Source: an uncultured Eubacterium sp.
Lineage (GTDB): Bacteria > Bacillota > Clostridia > Lachnospirales > Lachnospiraceae
DNA length: 50,533 nt
Assembly (NCBI GenBank): GCA_964595785.1
Contig: CAZQRO010000001.1
Span: 1 to 50,533 of the forward strand
Direction of reading: 5' to 3'
The notes beneath the pieces are model-generated. The model was not told the DNA's origin. It saw only the letters and a program-made list of their open reading frames with translations, and did no database searches. This document shows positions 18,846 to 31,009 of the stretch, one piece after another. Every line of letters begins with the position of its first letter. Positions within the stretch are counted from its first letter, which is position 1. The position numbers were made by a program, and so were the translations under genes.

Positions 18846-20843
18846 ATGGTAAAAAAGTATAAGTTTGGAAATCCGGTTGAAACAGAAGCAGTTATAACTG
18901 ACATTAATGCAGAAAATGAGGAGATTAAAGCAGTTAAATTTGAAAATGACAGTTTTACATATGAGATAAGTGATGAAGCAAAGGTGTATGGACTTGGTGA
19001 AGCTAACAGAGGCATTAATAAGAGAGGATTTAAGTATGTAAGTTATTGTACAGATGACCCTTCACATACTGAGGAGAAAGAATCTCTTTATGGTGCACAC
19101 AATTTTATTATCATAGATGATGATGTGAAATTAGGATTGTTTTTTGATAATCCTGGAAGAGTGACATTTGATATTGGATTTACTAAGAGAAATGAGATAG
19201 TAATTACACCGGAATATATGGACATGTATGTATATGTTATAAATGGTGACAGTAATAATGAAATAGTTAGGGAATTCCGTAAGATAATTGGAAAGAGTTA
19301 TATTGCACCTAAATGGGCATTTGGATTTGGACAGAGCAGATGGAGTTATGAGAATAAACAGAGAGTAGATGATGTGGTAAAGGGATATGAAGAAAATGAT
19401 ATGCTCATCAGTTCTGTTTACATGGACATTGATTATATGACCTCATATAAAGATTTCACTGTGAATGATGAGAGATTTCCAAAGTTTAACGAATATGTCA
19501 GCGAGTTAAAAAATAAGGGAATAAGGCTTGTTCCGATTATTGATGCAGGTGTGAAGATTGAAAAAGACTATGATGTATACGAAGAGGGCGTTAAGAACAA
19601 TTATTTTGTAAAAGACGAAAATGGAAAAGATTATGTAACGGCAGTCTGGCCGGGACTTACACATTTTCCGGATTTTCTTAATGCAGATGCAAGAAAATGG
19701 TTTGGGGACAAATATAAAGTACTTATTGATATGGGAATTGAAGGGTTCTGGAATGACATGAACGAGCCAGCTATTTTTTATTCACAGAATAAAGTAGATG
19801 AAATAAGAGAGATGATTAATGAGATAACACCTGAAAGTGATGATTCTAAGGTACTTGACATAAGATGGAGATACAATGAACTGGCTAATAATAAAGATGA
19901 TTATAGAGCCATGTATCATAATATTGATGGAGTAAAGGTTAACCATGACAAGGTTCATAATCTGTATGGATACAATATGTCAAGAGCAGCAGGAGAAGCT
20001 TTTGAGAGAATTGACTCAGATAAGAGATATTTAATGTTCTCAAGGGCTTCATATATAGGAATGCACAGGTATGCGGGTATATGGATGGGTGATAACTGTT
20101 CATGGTGGTCACATATTTTATTGAATTTAAAGATGCTTCCAAGTCTTAATATGTGTGGTTTTCTATATGTAGGTGCTGACATAGGAGGATTTGGCTGTAA
20201 TTCTTCAGAAGACCTTGTTATGAGATGGATGGCATTAGGCGTATTTACACCACTTATGAGAAACCATTCAGCACTTGGAACAAGAAATCAGGAATGTTAT
20301 AACTTTGAACATACCGAAGATTTTAAAAATATCCTAAACGTAAGATACAGACTTTTACCATATCTTTACAGTGAGTATATGAAGGCTGCACTTAATGACG
20401 ATATGATGTTTAAACCGTTATCATTTGTATTTGGTGATGATGAAATGGCATGTGAGACAGAGGATGAGCTTATGCTGGGAAATATTATGATTGCACCTGT
20501 TTATACACAGAATGCCGGGGGAAGATATGTTTATCTGCCGGAGAATATGACATTTATAAAATTCCTAAGTAATGGAGAGATATATCAGGAAAAACTTAAT
20601 GCCGGAATACATTATGTAAAAATTGAATTAAATGAGGTGCCTTTATTTGTACGTGAAGGAACTAATATTCCAATAGTCAGACAAGAGGTAATAACTGATA
20701 AGAAACTTAGAAAATCAATAATGGACTGTTCTGTTCAGTATAAAGGCTGTGATTTTGAAATAATAGGAATGGACACAGACACATATAAATATGATATGTA
20801 CAATGATGATGGATTTACTAAAAATGCTCCGTCGTGGAGGTAG
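18846..20843 (+). CDS. Glycoside hydrolase family 31 (alpha-glucosidase-like)
   Basis: YGLGE, QSRWSY, MDIDYM, GFWNDMNEP nucleophile motif, WMGDN, GADIGGF, MRNH. Start at ATG 18846 after GGAGGA; the ORF-track extension runs through the repeat. Confidence 0.93.
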   Translation: MVKKYKFGNPVETEAVITDINAENEEIKAVKFENDSFTYEISDEAKVYGLGEANRGINKRGFKYVSYCTDDPSHTEEKESLYGAHNFIIIDDDVKLGLFFDNPGRVTFDIGFTKRNEIVITPEYMDMYVYVINGDSNNEIVREFRKIIGKSYIAPKWAFGFGQSRWSYENKQRVDDVVKGYEENDMLISSVYMDIDYMTSYKDFTVNDERFPKFNEYVSELKNKGIRLVPIIDAGVKIEKDYDVYEEGVKNNYFVKDENGKDYVTAVWPGLTHFPDFLNADARKWFGDKYKVLIDMGIEGFWNDMNEPAIFYSQNKVDEIREMINEITPESDDSKVLDIRWRYNELANNKDDYRAMYHNIDGVKVNHDKVHNLYGYNMSRAAGEAFERIDSDKRYLMFSRASYIGMHRYAGIWMGDNCSWWSHILLNLKMLPSLNMCGFLYVGADIGGFGCNSSEDLVMRWMALGVFTPLMRNHSALGTRNQECYNFEHTEDFKNILNVRYRLLPYLYSEYMKAALNDDMMFKPLSFVFGDDEMACETEDELMLGNIMIAPVYTQNAGGRYVYLPENMTFIKFLSNGEIYQEKLNAGIHYVKIELNEVPLFVREGTNIPIVRQEVITDKKLRKSIMDCSVQYKGCDFEIIGMDTDTYKYDMYNDDGFTKNAPSWR

Positions 20844-20846
20844 AAT

Positions 20847-21350
20847 ATGCCAAATGAAATGACTAAGAAGGATATTCAAAAGATTGAAGAAGAAATTGAA
20901 CATAGAAAACTTGTAGTTAGAAAAGAGTGTATTGAGGCTGTTAAAGAAGCAAGAGCTCAGGGAGATTTAAGTGAGAATTTTGAATATTATGCCGCTAAAC
21001 GTGATAAAAACAGAAATGAAAGCAGGATAAGATATTTAGAAAGACTTATTAAAACAGCAGCTATTATAGAAGATGAATCAACAGATGATGAAATCGGACT
21101 TTACAGTGTAGTGGATTTATATATGGAAGAAGATGATGAGACTATGAAAGTTAAGTTAGTTACATCAATCAGAGGTGATTCCATGAAAGGATATATCAGC
21201 ATAGATTCACCGTTAGGAAAGACTATAAAAGGTCATAAATCAGGAGACAGAATTTATGTAAAGGTATCTGATGATTATGGATATTATGCAGTGGTTAAGA
21301 AAATAGAAAAAACAATTGATGATGGAAGTGATGACATCAGAAGTTATTAA
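20847..21350 (+). CDS. greA: GreA/GreB family transcription elongation factor
   Basis: EARAQGDLSENFEYYAAK, ISIDSPLGK. Confidence 0.85.
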   Translation: MPNEMTKKDIQKIEEEIEHRKLVVRKECIEAVKEARAQGDLSENFEYYAAKRDKNRNESRIRYLERLIKTAAIIEDESTDDEIGLYSVVDLYMEEDDETMKVKLVTSIRGDSMKGYISIDSPLGKTIKGHKSGDRIYVKVSDDYGYYAVVKKIEKTIDDGSDDIRSY

Positions 21351-21433
21351 CTGTCAAATGTTGATTTGTGACGTTTATATGTGATATACTTAAATAAAGT
21401 TTAAAGATGATAATCGGTTAAAAAGGAGCATAT

Positions 21434-24400
21434 ATGAAGCCTGAATTTAAAGAGCATATAAGAAATATAATTGGTAAGTTAACCGCAGATGAAAACGTGG
21501 AATATAACGATAAAGTGTGTTTTTTAAAGCACTACAGTGCATTAAGTATTGAGGAAGAAGATATTATCAATATTATTTCTTCACTAAATTTAGAATGTGA
21601 TATGTTTTATTATCGTTTTAATGAGACTGACATTCAGGGGGCATTTTGCCCTTTTTTATCATTTATCAGAGAATTATATATGAAATATTACAGTAATGAG
21701 GATTGTTCAAAGTTTGTAAATGATGCAGGTATATATAATGTGGTGGAGGATATATTTACATCATATATTAAAGAAGGATATTGTGAGAGAAATGAGGACA
21801 TTATTCCGCGGGAAGTGCCTTATGAAAGAGAGCGCATAATAGAGTCAATTGTAAATATTTTTAAGTATATATCAGATGAGCATAAGATGGTAATTGTTTT
21901 AGACAGACTTCAGTGGGCGCAGCAATCAACATTAAGATTACTGCTTGAGATGATGAAATGTTTAGAAATAAAAAACATAGTAATTATCGGAGCTTATAAT
22001 GAGGCACAGGATATTAACAGTTATATGCGGGACAGTTGGAATGCAATGGTTAATTATATTAAGGACATGGAAATGGCTATCGATTATGATGATAATAGAA
22101 GAGATATAATTATTGATGATACATTCCTGCCGGAAGAATCACAGATAGATGTGTATTTTAGAAATATTAATGATATGTTTTTATGTCTTGCTTTAGAGCA
22201 GGCAAAGTATTATTTAGATATTATTTACAGAGTAATAGAGAGTGATAATTTAGAGGTTAATGACAGCCAGAAGATAAATTTACTGAAATTATATGCACTT
22301 GTTACGATATATAATGGTGAAGAGAAAGTAGCCTATGTATATTGTAAAAAGATGTTTGATATGGAATATATTCAGCATGATAAAATGAGTCTGTTTTACT
22401 ATTATTACATTTCGGCACTTATTAATCAGCAAAGTGGTCAGAGAACGGCAGCTCATTCTTTTATTGATAAGGGATACCGTACTGCAACAGAAATAGATGA
22501 TAAAAAATTCCTTGTTAAAATAAATATGCTTAAGTTAATTGTAATATTAGATAAATTTCCGGATGTATTGTTGTGGAACCCGGATGCGGATATGCCTGAA
22601 TATCTTTTAAAAGAAGCAGAAGAAAACGGTCAGAAATTACATTTAGCTTATGCTTATATCTTTGGATTCAATATGCCTGAAAATATTGAAATAGTTGAGA
22701 ATAACGGAAAAATCGGATGTGAGAATATAGAAGAATACAAAAAAGGAATGGAACTTGCACAGGAATTAGGCAATATTCAATTACAGATACGGGCATGGCA
22801 GAAGAATGCCATACAAGCTTCTACAAGCGGACGATTTGATGAAACTATATATTATTATGGCGAGTGTCTGAAGATAATGGAAGGGCGTGACAGAAAACAT
22901 GAAGAAGCACAGATTTATAATGGAATAGGATATAATTTTCTGATTAATGAAAAATATGATATGGCATATGATTATTTTCTGCGTGCAGTAAAAATCGGAA
23001 TAGCCGTTGATACACCAAAGTATATTCTTGATGCAGTTTATAATATGGCAGTTATGGGAATTATTGTAGGTGATTATTCGGCAACAATTAAATGTACAAA
23101 TATAACGCTTAAGATGATGGCAACACTTAAAATAGAGAGGCTCAATGTTTGTAATAAGACAAAATTATATGGTCTTGCAATATTTTCATATATTAAACTC
23201 AAACAGGTATATAATGCAAAATTGTACTATGATATTATGGAAACTGCCATGCAGCATATTTTATCAGTGAGTAATCCTGATTATTCTATGTGGGAAGATG
23301 ATATTTATCTATTCTATACAGTGAGTGGAATGTTAGCAGTAGAAGAGGAAAATTACAGTGAGGCAAGAAAAAATTATCAAAAGTTCAAGAGATTTGGGAA
23401 AGAATAAACAGTAAACAGAATTATATACTGCCAAAAGTTGTGGAAGAAGAGGCAAAACTCTACAGAATAACGGGAGAACTTGAAATAAGAGAAAAGATTC
23501 TCAGACAGACAATAGAATTTTGCAGAAATAACATGCTTATTCAAAATGCAGAAAAACTAGAGCTGCTTATTGATGGAAAATAAATAGTTGATGATAGTAA
23601 GCAATTTCGGAAAATGTCAGACGAAATTGTAAATGAGATATTTAAAATGACAAACCGGTGTGAGATGAAGAAGGAAGTTGAGAAAAAGAATAAGATGCTT
23701 ACTTTCTTTGAAAACTGGGTAGATTCTCTGAATGATGATTTTGAATCAATAGACGGGATGATAAGCAGTTCAATGCTTATGATAAAGAATACATTTGATG
23801 TTGATAGTATTGTATACATTAGTATATCAAATGAGACACCTGTTATCAGGTATTGTGATATGGAGATAGAATTGAAAAAATATCAGTTAAAATATATTTA
23901 TGATTATTTTACTGAAAATGGAAGAAGAATACTGATATCACGTTTTCAAAAATCATATCAGTATCATGAAGAACTTATTTCTGCATTTAATAGAGATGAT
24001 ATTGCTGCAATGCTCGCAATTCCATTTGTTAATAAAGATATGGTAACAGAGATTTTTATTGCATTTAAGTTCAAAAAAGCTAATTTCACGGAAAATCTTG
24101 TTATGTTTTATGAAGGTGATGCAGATGTGCTTAGAACTTCATTCAGAGAACTTATTGAGGCAATTAGCAAAGAAACAATTAAAAAAGAATTAGAAAGAAG
24201 TTCAGTTGCAGATATTCTTACGGGACTGTATAACAGACAGGGTATGAGAAAGTGCATAGAAAACGAATTAGCACCATATGACTGTTTAAATATGAAACAT
24301 CAATTTACAATATTATATATGGATTTAGATAATTTCAAATATTGTAACGACCATTTTGGGCATGAAACAGGTGATGCGGTTTTAGTAGCCTTTTCAAGAA

Positions 24401-24747
24401 TGTTAGAGACAATTGTGGAAAATAATGGCTTTATCATCAGATACGGTGGAGATGAATTCATTATTGTACTCCCAAACAGAGGAATAAACTTCGGAGTGGA
24501 AATTGCAGAGAAAATATTTGCCAATATAAAACATAACAAAGGATTTAAAAAAGTAATTGAGAATTTAAAAAAAGAAGAAGTAAATATCAGTGAGAAAAAC
24601 AGGGTAACATGTTCAATTGGAATTGCCAATGGAAAAACTTCAGGTTATCAGGGAATAAGCAGGATATTAAAACATTCAGATGAAGCATTGTATTATGTCA
24701 AAAAACATACAAAGCACGATTTCAGAGTGTGGGATTCTACAATATAG
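21434..24747 (+). pseudogene. Large diguanylate cyclase (N-terminal AAA-like/TPR region plus C-terminal GGDEF), interrupted twice
   Basis: Frame 2 is open to ~23380. Frame 1 then continues KVQEIWERINSKQNYILPK... to TAA 23581-83 and resumes in frame into DILTGLYNR, DLDNFKYCNDHFGHETGD, RYGGDEF, CSIG. TPR-like IYNGIGYNF segment upstream. Confidence 0.85.
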
Positions 24748-24767
24748 AAATGTGAGGCAGTTATATT

Positions 24768-26096
24768 ATGTATGATGAAATGTATATAGGAAATCTGGGT
24801 GAATTCATAGAGGGTTCAGTAACCCCATTTCATACAGTAAATTCAGTAGAAAATGTATTAAAAGAGCATGGTTTTATTGAGTTAAAAAAAGAGGAAAGGT
24901 TTAATATAAAAAGTGGTGGAAAATATTTTGTGAATATTTATGACTCGTCGCTTATGGCATTTACAATTGGCGGAAAACATGATTTAAACCACAAAATGAA
25001 CTTGAGATGTTCAGCATCACATACGGATTTTCCGTGCTTCAAAATAAAACCTAATTATCTTATTAAGGAACATACTGATAAGGAGGCAGGATATATAAAG
25101 ATTAATACAGAAGTGTATGGAGGACCTATATTAAGTACCTGGCTTGACAGACCTCTGTCTGTTGCAGGGAAAATAGTTGTTAAAAGTACAGAGTGGTTTG
25201 ACAATGAAACTATAGTAATAAATGTAAAAAAGCCTTTATTAACCATACCAAATCTTGCAATTCATATGAACAGAAACGTGAATAAAGGTGTGGAATTAAA
25301 CTGCCAGAAAGATATGCTTCCAATTGCAGGATTGATTAGCAAAGATGGTAAATGCGAAAATATTATTGAAAATATTATAGTTAATGAATTAAAAAAGCAG
25401 GGAAGACAGATTGAAGAGGACGATATAAAGGGCTATGAATTGTATGTATATCAGACTGAAAAAGGTTGTATGACAGGGATTGATGATGAACTTTACAGTT
25501 CACCAAGACTTGATAATCTTACATCCGTGTATGCGCAGGTGAATGCTTTAGTTAATGCACAGCGTGAAAATGGAATAAATATGGCTATGTTTTATGATAA
25601 TGAAGAGATAGGCAGCAGAACAAAACAGGGTGCCGCTTCACAGATGATAATGTTTATATTAGAAAAAATATATATGGCATCAGGATATGACAGAGAATAT
25701 ATGATTAATGATATATTAGGCGGTATGATGATATCACTTGATGTCGCACATGCAACACATCCTAATTCATCAGAGAAATCAGACAGCACTAATAAAGTAA
25801 TATTAAACGGAGGGATTGTTATAAAGCAGGCTGCTAATCAGTCATATGCCAATGATGCCGAGGGTATATCAATGATTAAAAACATTTGTGAGGATTTAGA
25901 ATGTAAGTATCAGGTATTTGTTAACCGTTCTGATATGATTGGAGGACAGACTCTTGGTTCAATAGGGTCTTCAGTTTTGCCAATGAGGACTATTGACATA
26001 GGAATTCCATTGCTTGCAATGCACTCAGCAAGAGAACTTATGGGAACAGATGATGAAAAAAATTTAGAAAAGTTTTTGACAGGTTATTATTCATAG
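24768..26096 (+). CDS. M18 family aspartyl aminopeptidase (ApeB-like)
   Basis: TPFH, SHTDFP, EVYGGP, DRPLSVAG, RLDNL, DNEEIGS, DVAHATHPN, AMHSARE. Confidence 0.9.
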   Translation: MYDEMYIGNLGEFIEGSVTPFHTVNSVENVLKEHGFIELKKEERFNIKSGGKYFVNIYDSSLMAFTIGGKHDLNHKMNLRCSASHTDFPCFKIKPNYLIKEHTDKEAGYIKINTEVYGGPILSTWLDRPLSVAGKIVVKSTEWFDNETIVINVKKPLLTIPNLAIHMNRNVNKGVELNCQKDMLPIAGLISKDGKCENIIENIIVNELKKQGRQIEEDDIKGYELYVYQTEKGCMTGIDDELYSSPRLDNLTSVYAQVNALVNAQRENGINMAMFYDNEEIGSRTKQGAASQMIMFILEKIYMASGYDREYMINDILGGMMISLDVAHATHPNSSEKSDSTNKVILNGGIVIKQAANQSYANDAEGISMIKNICEDLECKYQVFVNRSDMIGGQTLGSIGSSVLPMRTIDIGIPLLAMHSARELMGTDDEKNLEKFLTGYYS

Positions 26097-26140
26097 GGTA
26101 TAGTTAAGGAGTAACAACTAGTGAAAGGACAGAATTTATT

Positions 26141-27808
26141 ATGGAAAATGAAAATATATCAAGAAATTTTATTGAAATGATGATTGATAAAGATTTAAGC
26201 GAGGGGTATTGTGACCATGTGCAGACAAGATTTCCGCCGGAGCCTAACGGATATCTTCATATTGGACATGCAAAGGCAATATTATTAAATTATGGACTTG
26301 CTAAGGAATATAATGGCAAGTTTAATATGCGTTTTGATGATACAAATCCTACAAAGGAAAAAGTTGAATTTGTCGAATCAATTAAAGCAGATATAAAATG
26401 GCTTGGTGCGGATTGGGAAGACAGACTATTTTTTGCATCAGATTATTTTGAACAGATGTATGAATGTGCCGTTAAGTTAATTAAGAAAGGAAAAGCATAT
26501 GTATGTGACCTTTCAGCAGATGAAATAAGAGAATATCGTGGAACGCTTACTGAACCGGGTAATAATAGTCCATATAGAGACAGAAGCATAGAAGAGAATC
26601 TTGAATTATTTGAGAATATGAAGAATGGTATATATGCTGATGGTGAAAAAGTTCTAAGGGCAAAGATAGATATGTCATCACCGAATATTAATATGAGGGA
26701 CCCTATTATTTATCGTGTGGCTCATATGACACATCACCGAACAGGTGACAAGTGGTGCATTTACCCTATGTATGATTTTGCACATCCGATTGAAGATGCC
26801 ATAGAGGGAATAACACATTCTATCTGTACATTGGAGTTTGAAGACCACAGACCATTATATGACTGGGTTGTAAGAGAATTAGAATATGAGATGCCTCCTA
26901 AGCAGATTGAATTTGCTAAACTTTATCTTACAAATGTAATTACAGGGAAGAGATATATTAAGAAACTGGTCGAAGACGGAATAGTTGACGGATGGGATGA
27001 TCCGAGACTTGTGTCGATTGCAGCACTTAGAAGAAGAGGTTTTACACCTGAATCAATAAGAATGTTTGTAGAACTAGCAGGAGTATCAAAGGCTCAAAGT
27101 TCAGCAGATTATGCAATGCTTGAGTATTGTATCAGAGAAGACTTAAAACTTAAGAAACCAAGAGTTATGGCAGTATTAGATCCGATTAAAGTGGTGATTG
27201 ATAACTATCCTGAGGGACAGGTAGAGTATTTTGATGTGATAAATAATCCGGAAAATGAAGAAATGGGAACCAGAAAAGTACCATTTAGCAGAGAAATTTA
27301 TATTGACAGAGAAGATTTTATGGAAGAACCACCTAAAAAATATTTCAGACTATTTCCGGGAAATGAAGTGAGACTTATGAATGCTTATTTCATTAAATGT
27401 GAGAGTTATATTAAAGATGAAAATGGTAAAGTGACAGAGATTCATTGTACTTATGATCCTGAGACAAGAAGCGGAAGTGGCTTCACGGGAAGAAAAGTAA
27501 AAGGAACTATACAATGGGTAAGTATAGAACATGCTGTGAAGGCAGAAGTCAGATTATACGAAAACATTATAGATGAAGAAAAGGGTAAACTTAATGAAGA
27601 CGGAACTCTTAACCTGAATCCGAATTCATTAACTGTCCTTAATAATTGTTATATCGAGGAAAGTATTAAGAGTGCTAAGAAAGAAGACAGTTTCCAGTTT
27701 GTCAGACAAGGATATTTCTGTGTGGATTCAAAAGATACTACAAATGAAAAATTAGTATTTAACAGAATTGTTTCTTTGAAGAGCTCGTTTAAACTTCCGA
27801 CACAGTAA
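26141..27808 (+). CDS. glnS: Glutamine--tRNA ligase
   Basis: [47 protein letters not shown]. Confidence 0.96.
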   Translation: MENENISRNFIEMMIDKDLSEGYCDHVQTRFPPEPNGYLHIGHAKAILLNYGLAKEYNGKFNMRFDDTNPTKEKVEFVESIKADIKWLGADWEDRLFFASDYFEQMYECAVKLIKKGKAYVCDLSADEIREYRGTLTEPGNNSPYRDRSIEENLELFENMKNGIYADGEKVLRAKIDMSSPNINMRDPIIYRVAHMTHHRTGDKWCIYPMYDFAHPIEDAIEGITHSICTLEFEDHRPLYDWVVRELEYEMPPKQIEFAKLYLTNVITGKRYIKKLVEDGIVDGWDDPRLVSIAALRRRGFTPESIRMFVELAGVSKAQSSADYAMLEYCIREDLKLKKPRVMAVLDPIKVVIDNYPEGQVEYFDVINNPENEEMGTRKVPFSREIYIDREDFMEEPPKKYFRLFPGNEVRLMNAYFIKCESYIKDENGKVTEIHCTYDPETRSGSGFTGRKVKGTIQWVSIEHAVKAEVRLYENIIDEEKGKLNEDGTLNLNPNSLTVLNNCYIEESIKSAKKEDSFQFVRQGYFCVDSKDTTNEKLVFNRIVSLKSSFKLPTQ

Positions 27809-27851
27809 CAGATTTTTGATTTTAATATTTATAACATAAACTTTTACAGAA

Positions 27852-28712
27852 ATGGAGATTAAGATGAGTAAATTATTTTCAGGATTAGAGAAGTTAGGAC
27901 TTGCTAATTTAAAGGATACAGAAGTCTTTGAAAAAGAAGAAGAGAAGAAAACGGATAAGAACATGGAACGGAAGAAAACACATGTTATTGAAGAAAGTGA
28001 TATGTTATTTGATAAAACTTATACATGTCCCGTGTGTGACAGAGAATTTAAAAATAAAACTGTAATGTCAGGAAAAGCGAAATTAATGTCAGTTGATACA
28101 GACTTAAGACCAAAATATCAGGGAATTGACTGTATAAAATATGATGTGGTAGTATGTAATAATTGTGGCTATAGTGCACTTACAAGATTCTTTAGTGTAG
28201 TTACAAATCAGCAGTCAAAATTAATTAAAGAGAATATTACAAAAAATTTCAAACCATTAGAAGCAGCAGAAGATACATATTCCTATGATGAGGCGATTTT
28301 AAGATATCAGTTAGCTTTAGCAAATGCGGTTGTAAAGAAATCTAAAGCAAGTGAGAGAGCATACACATGTCTCAAGATAGCATGGCTTTACAGAGGAAAG
28401 GCAGAGAATCTTGATATATCAGATATAGATTATGATGATAAACTTACAGAAATTAAAGCAGAAGAAAAAGAATTTATTGCAAACGCATATGAAGGGTTTG
28501 TAACTGCCATGAGTAAAGAAATGTTCCCTATATGCGGTATGGATGAATATACGTATACATATGTTACAGCGGATTTAGCAAGAAGATGTAAGGATTATGA
28601 GACAGCAGCAAAACTTATATCACAAATTATTACATCACGTGCAGCAGCGGCTAAAGTTAAAGACAGAGCAAGAGAGTTAAGAGACCAGATTAAATTAGAA
28701 TTAAAAGGATAA
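27852..28712 (+). CDS. DUF2225 family protein
   Basis: CPVC...DTDLRP.Y...YDVVVCNNCGYS, LKIAWLYR, helical C-terminus. Confidence 0.8.
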   Translation: MEIKMSKLFSGLEKLGLANLKDTEVFEKEEEKKTDKNMERKKTHVIEESDMLFDKTYTCPVCDREFKNKTVMSGKAKLMSVDTDLRPKYQGIDCIKYDVVVCNNCGYSALTRFFSVVTNQQSKLIKENITKNFKPLEAAEDTYSYDEAILRYQLALANAVVKKSKASERAYTCLKIAWLYRGKAENLDISDIDYDDKLTEIKAEEKEFIANAYEGFVTAMSKEMFPICGMDEYTYTYVTADLARRCKDYETAAKLISQIITSRAAAAKVKDRARELRDQIKLELKG

Positions 28713-28787
28713 GTGTGACATGAATTCAATAAAATGGGAATAATAAATTTAATGCATATGCAACAGTATATGGAGGACAGATATTAA

Positions 28788-30191
28788 ATGTATGAGTTGA
28801 CTATTGATTTGGATTTAAATGGCAAGTCACCTTTGTATGAACAGATTTATGAATTTATTAAAGATGAAATAAAAAATGGAAGAATTGAGTGTAAGACAAA
28901 ATTACCGTCAACAAGGGCTTTAGCTGAACATCTACAGGTGAGCCGGAGTACAGTGGACATGGCTTACAATCAACTTATTTCTGAGGGTTATGTGGAGTCT
29001 GTTCCTTACAAGGGATATTATGTTTCAGAGATTTCTTTGCTGTATAGTTTGGATGTGGCAGAAGAACCTGTAAGCGTGGGATATGAAAAAAAATGTGAAA
29101 AAAATATAATAGATTTCTCGCCATGGGGAATAGATTTGGATAATTTCCCGTTTAATGCGTGGAGAAAGATTTCTAAAAGTCTGCTCAGTGCAAATAATAA
29201 AGAATTGTTTGCAGCAGGCAGTTCTAAAGGAGAAAGGGAATTAAGGCAGACACTTTCTTCTTATCTCTATGAAGCAAGAGGAGTACACTGTACCCCGGAT
29301 AAGATTATTCTTGGGGCGGGAAATGAATATCTCCTTATGCTGCTCAATCAGCTTTTCACAGATAAACCTGTTATTGCCATGGAAAATCCTACATATATGC
29401 AGGCATATAATGTATTTAAAAAAAATGGAAACAAAATTATTCCCATTTCAATGGATAAAAATGGAATGAGAGTGCGTGAACTAAAGGAATCGGATGCAGG
29501 ACTTGCTTATGTGATGCCGTCACATCAGTTTCCACTTGGAATAGTAATGCCGATAAAGCGTAGAATAGAGCTTTTAGAATGGACTAAAAGTTTTGAAAAC
29601 CGATATATAATTGAAGATGATTATGATAGTGAATTCAGATATAAAGGAAAACCTATTCCGGCTCTTCAAGGTGTTGATAATTCGGGAAAAGTAATTTATA
29701 TGGGAACATTTTCAAAATCTATTGCATCATCAATCAGAATGAGTTACATGATTCTTCCGGACAGGCTTTTGGATATTTTCAATAATAAGATGTCTTTTTA
29801 TTCCCAGACAGTTTCAAAGATGGACCAGTTAATTGTGAATGAATTTATTAAAGAGGGATATTTTGAGAGACACCTTAATAAAATGCGTTCTATTTATAAA
29901 GCAAAACATGATCTGATGGTATCGATGCTAAAAGAGAACAAAGATGTAATACGGATTTCAGGTGAGAATTCAGGATTACATATATTAGTTAATGTAAATA
30001 ATTTAATGCCTGAAGAAAAACTTATTGCCAGAGCGGCAAATGAAAATGTGCGTGTTCATGGATTATCAGAATACTATATTGAAAAACATCATTATTACAA
30101 AGGAACAATAGTTTTAGGATTTGCTAAATTAAGTGAAGAGGAAATAAGAGAAGGTATTATTAAATTAAGAAAAGCATGGAAGATTAAATAA
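28788..30191 (+). CDS. MocR/GabR-type GntR regulator with PLP aminotransferase-like domain
   Basis: PLYEQIY..KLPSTRALA..L.VSRSTV winged HTH, PSHQFPLG, IEDDYDSEFRY, GTFSK. Confidence 0.92.
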   Translation: MYELTIDLDLNGKSPLYEQIYEFIKDEIKNGRIECKTKLPSTRALAEHLQVSRSTVDMAYNQLISEGYVESVPYKGYYVSEISLLYSLDVAEEPVSVGYEKKCEKNIIDFSPWGIDLDNFPFNAWRKISKSLLSANNKELFAAGSSKGERELRQTLSSYLYEARGVHCTPDKIILGAGNEYLLMLLNQLFTDKPVIAMENPTYMQAYNVFKKNGNKIIPISMDKNGMRVRELKESDAGLAYVMPSHQFPLGIVMPIKRRIELLEWTKSFENRYIIEDDYDSEFRYKGKPIPALQGVDNSGKVIYMGTFSKSIASSIRMSYMILPDRLLDIFNNKMSFYSQTVSKMDQLIVNEFIKEGYFERHLNKMRSIYKAKHDLMVSMLKENKDVIRISGENSGLHILVNVNNLMPEEKLIARAANENVRVHGLSEYYIEKHHYYKGTIVLGFAKLSEEEIREGIIKLRKAWKIK

Positions 30192-30233
30192 AAGGATGGA
30201 AGCTATTAAAAATCAGGTTGCATGGAGGTAAGA

Positions 30234-30947
30234 ATGAAAGAACAATTATATACAATACCGGTTAATGATGCATTTGCAAAGAATTGTGAATGTCCAATAT
30301 GTGAAATGTATAAGGAACTTGAAAGAAATGCAGTAGAATTCACTATGGGTCCGAGTTATATGGAAGATGATGTGCGGGAAGTTACTGATAAAACAGGATT
30401 TTGTACCGAACATATTCAGAAACTGCTTAAAATGGAAAATAAATTAGGAATTTCTCTTATTCTTCATTCACATATGGTAAAAACAAATAAAGATATAAAG
30501 AAACTAGCAGATAGCTGCAAATCCAGTACATTATTTAAGAAAAAAGATATATCCCCGCTTACAAATTATCTGAATACACTTAATAATTCATGTTATGTGT
30601 GCAGGCGAATAGCTGAAACTTTTAAGAGATACTTAAGAACTATTCATTATTTGTGGGAAAGAGAAGAAAGTTTTAAGAAGAAGTATGAATCTTCAAAGGG
30701 TTTCTGCACAAAACATTACCAAATACTGTTAGAAGAAGCAGGTAATAATTTAAATGGTGCCAGTTTAGACGGATTTATAGAAGTAACAAACAAAATTTAT
30801 ATGGAGAATATGGAGAGGGTAACAAGTGATTTAGAATGGTTTATAGATAAATTCGATTACCGTCATAAAGATGAGCCGTGGAAGAACTCAAAAGATGCAC
30901 TTCCAAGGGCGATTACAAAGACTTGTACAGATGAGGGAAATTTGTAA
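30234..30947 (+). CDS. DUF6062-like protein
   Basis: MKEQLYTIPV, ECPIC, GFCTEH, CYVC, GFCTKH, FIDKFDYR. Confidence 0.7.
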   Translation: MKEQLYTIPVNDAFAKNCECPICEMYKELERNAVEFTMGPSYMEDDVREVTDKTGFCTEHIQKLLKMENKLGISLILHSHMVKTNKDIKKLADSCKSSTLFKKKDISPLTNYLNTLNNSCYVCRRIAETFKRYLRTIHYLWEREESFKKKYESSKGFCTKHYQILLEEAGNNLNGASLDGFIEVTNKIYMENMERVTSDLEWFIDKFDYRHKDEPWKNSKDALPRAITKTCTDEGNL

Positions 30948-30961
30948 TGTATTTCATAATG

Positions 30962-30999
30962 AAAAAACCTTTTGTAGAATTACGTACAAAAGGTTTTTT
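30962..30999. terminator. Bidirectional terminator between convergent genes
   Basis: AAAAAACCTTTTGTA / TACAAAAGGTTTTTT. Confidence 0.85.
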
Positions 31000-31009
31000 A
31001 AATCAATTC

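Noticed and set aside
26097-26140. T-box ahead of glnS
   Set aside because: The intergenic gap is 44 bp and has no T-box motif.
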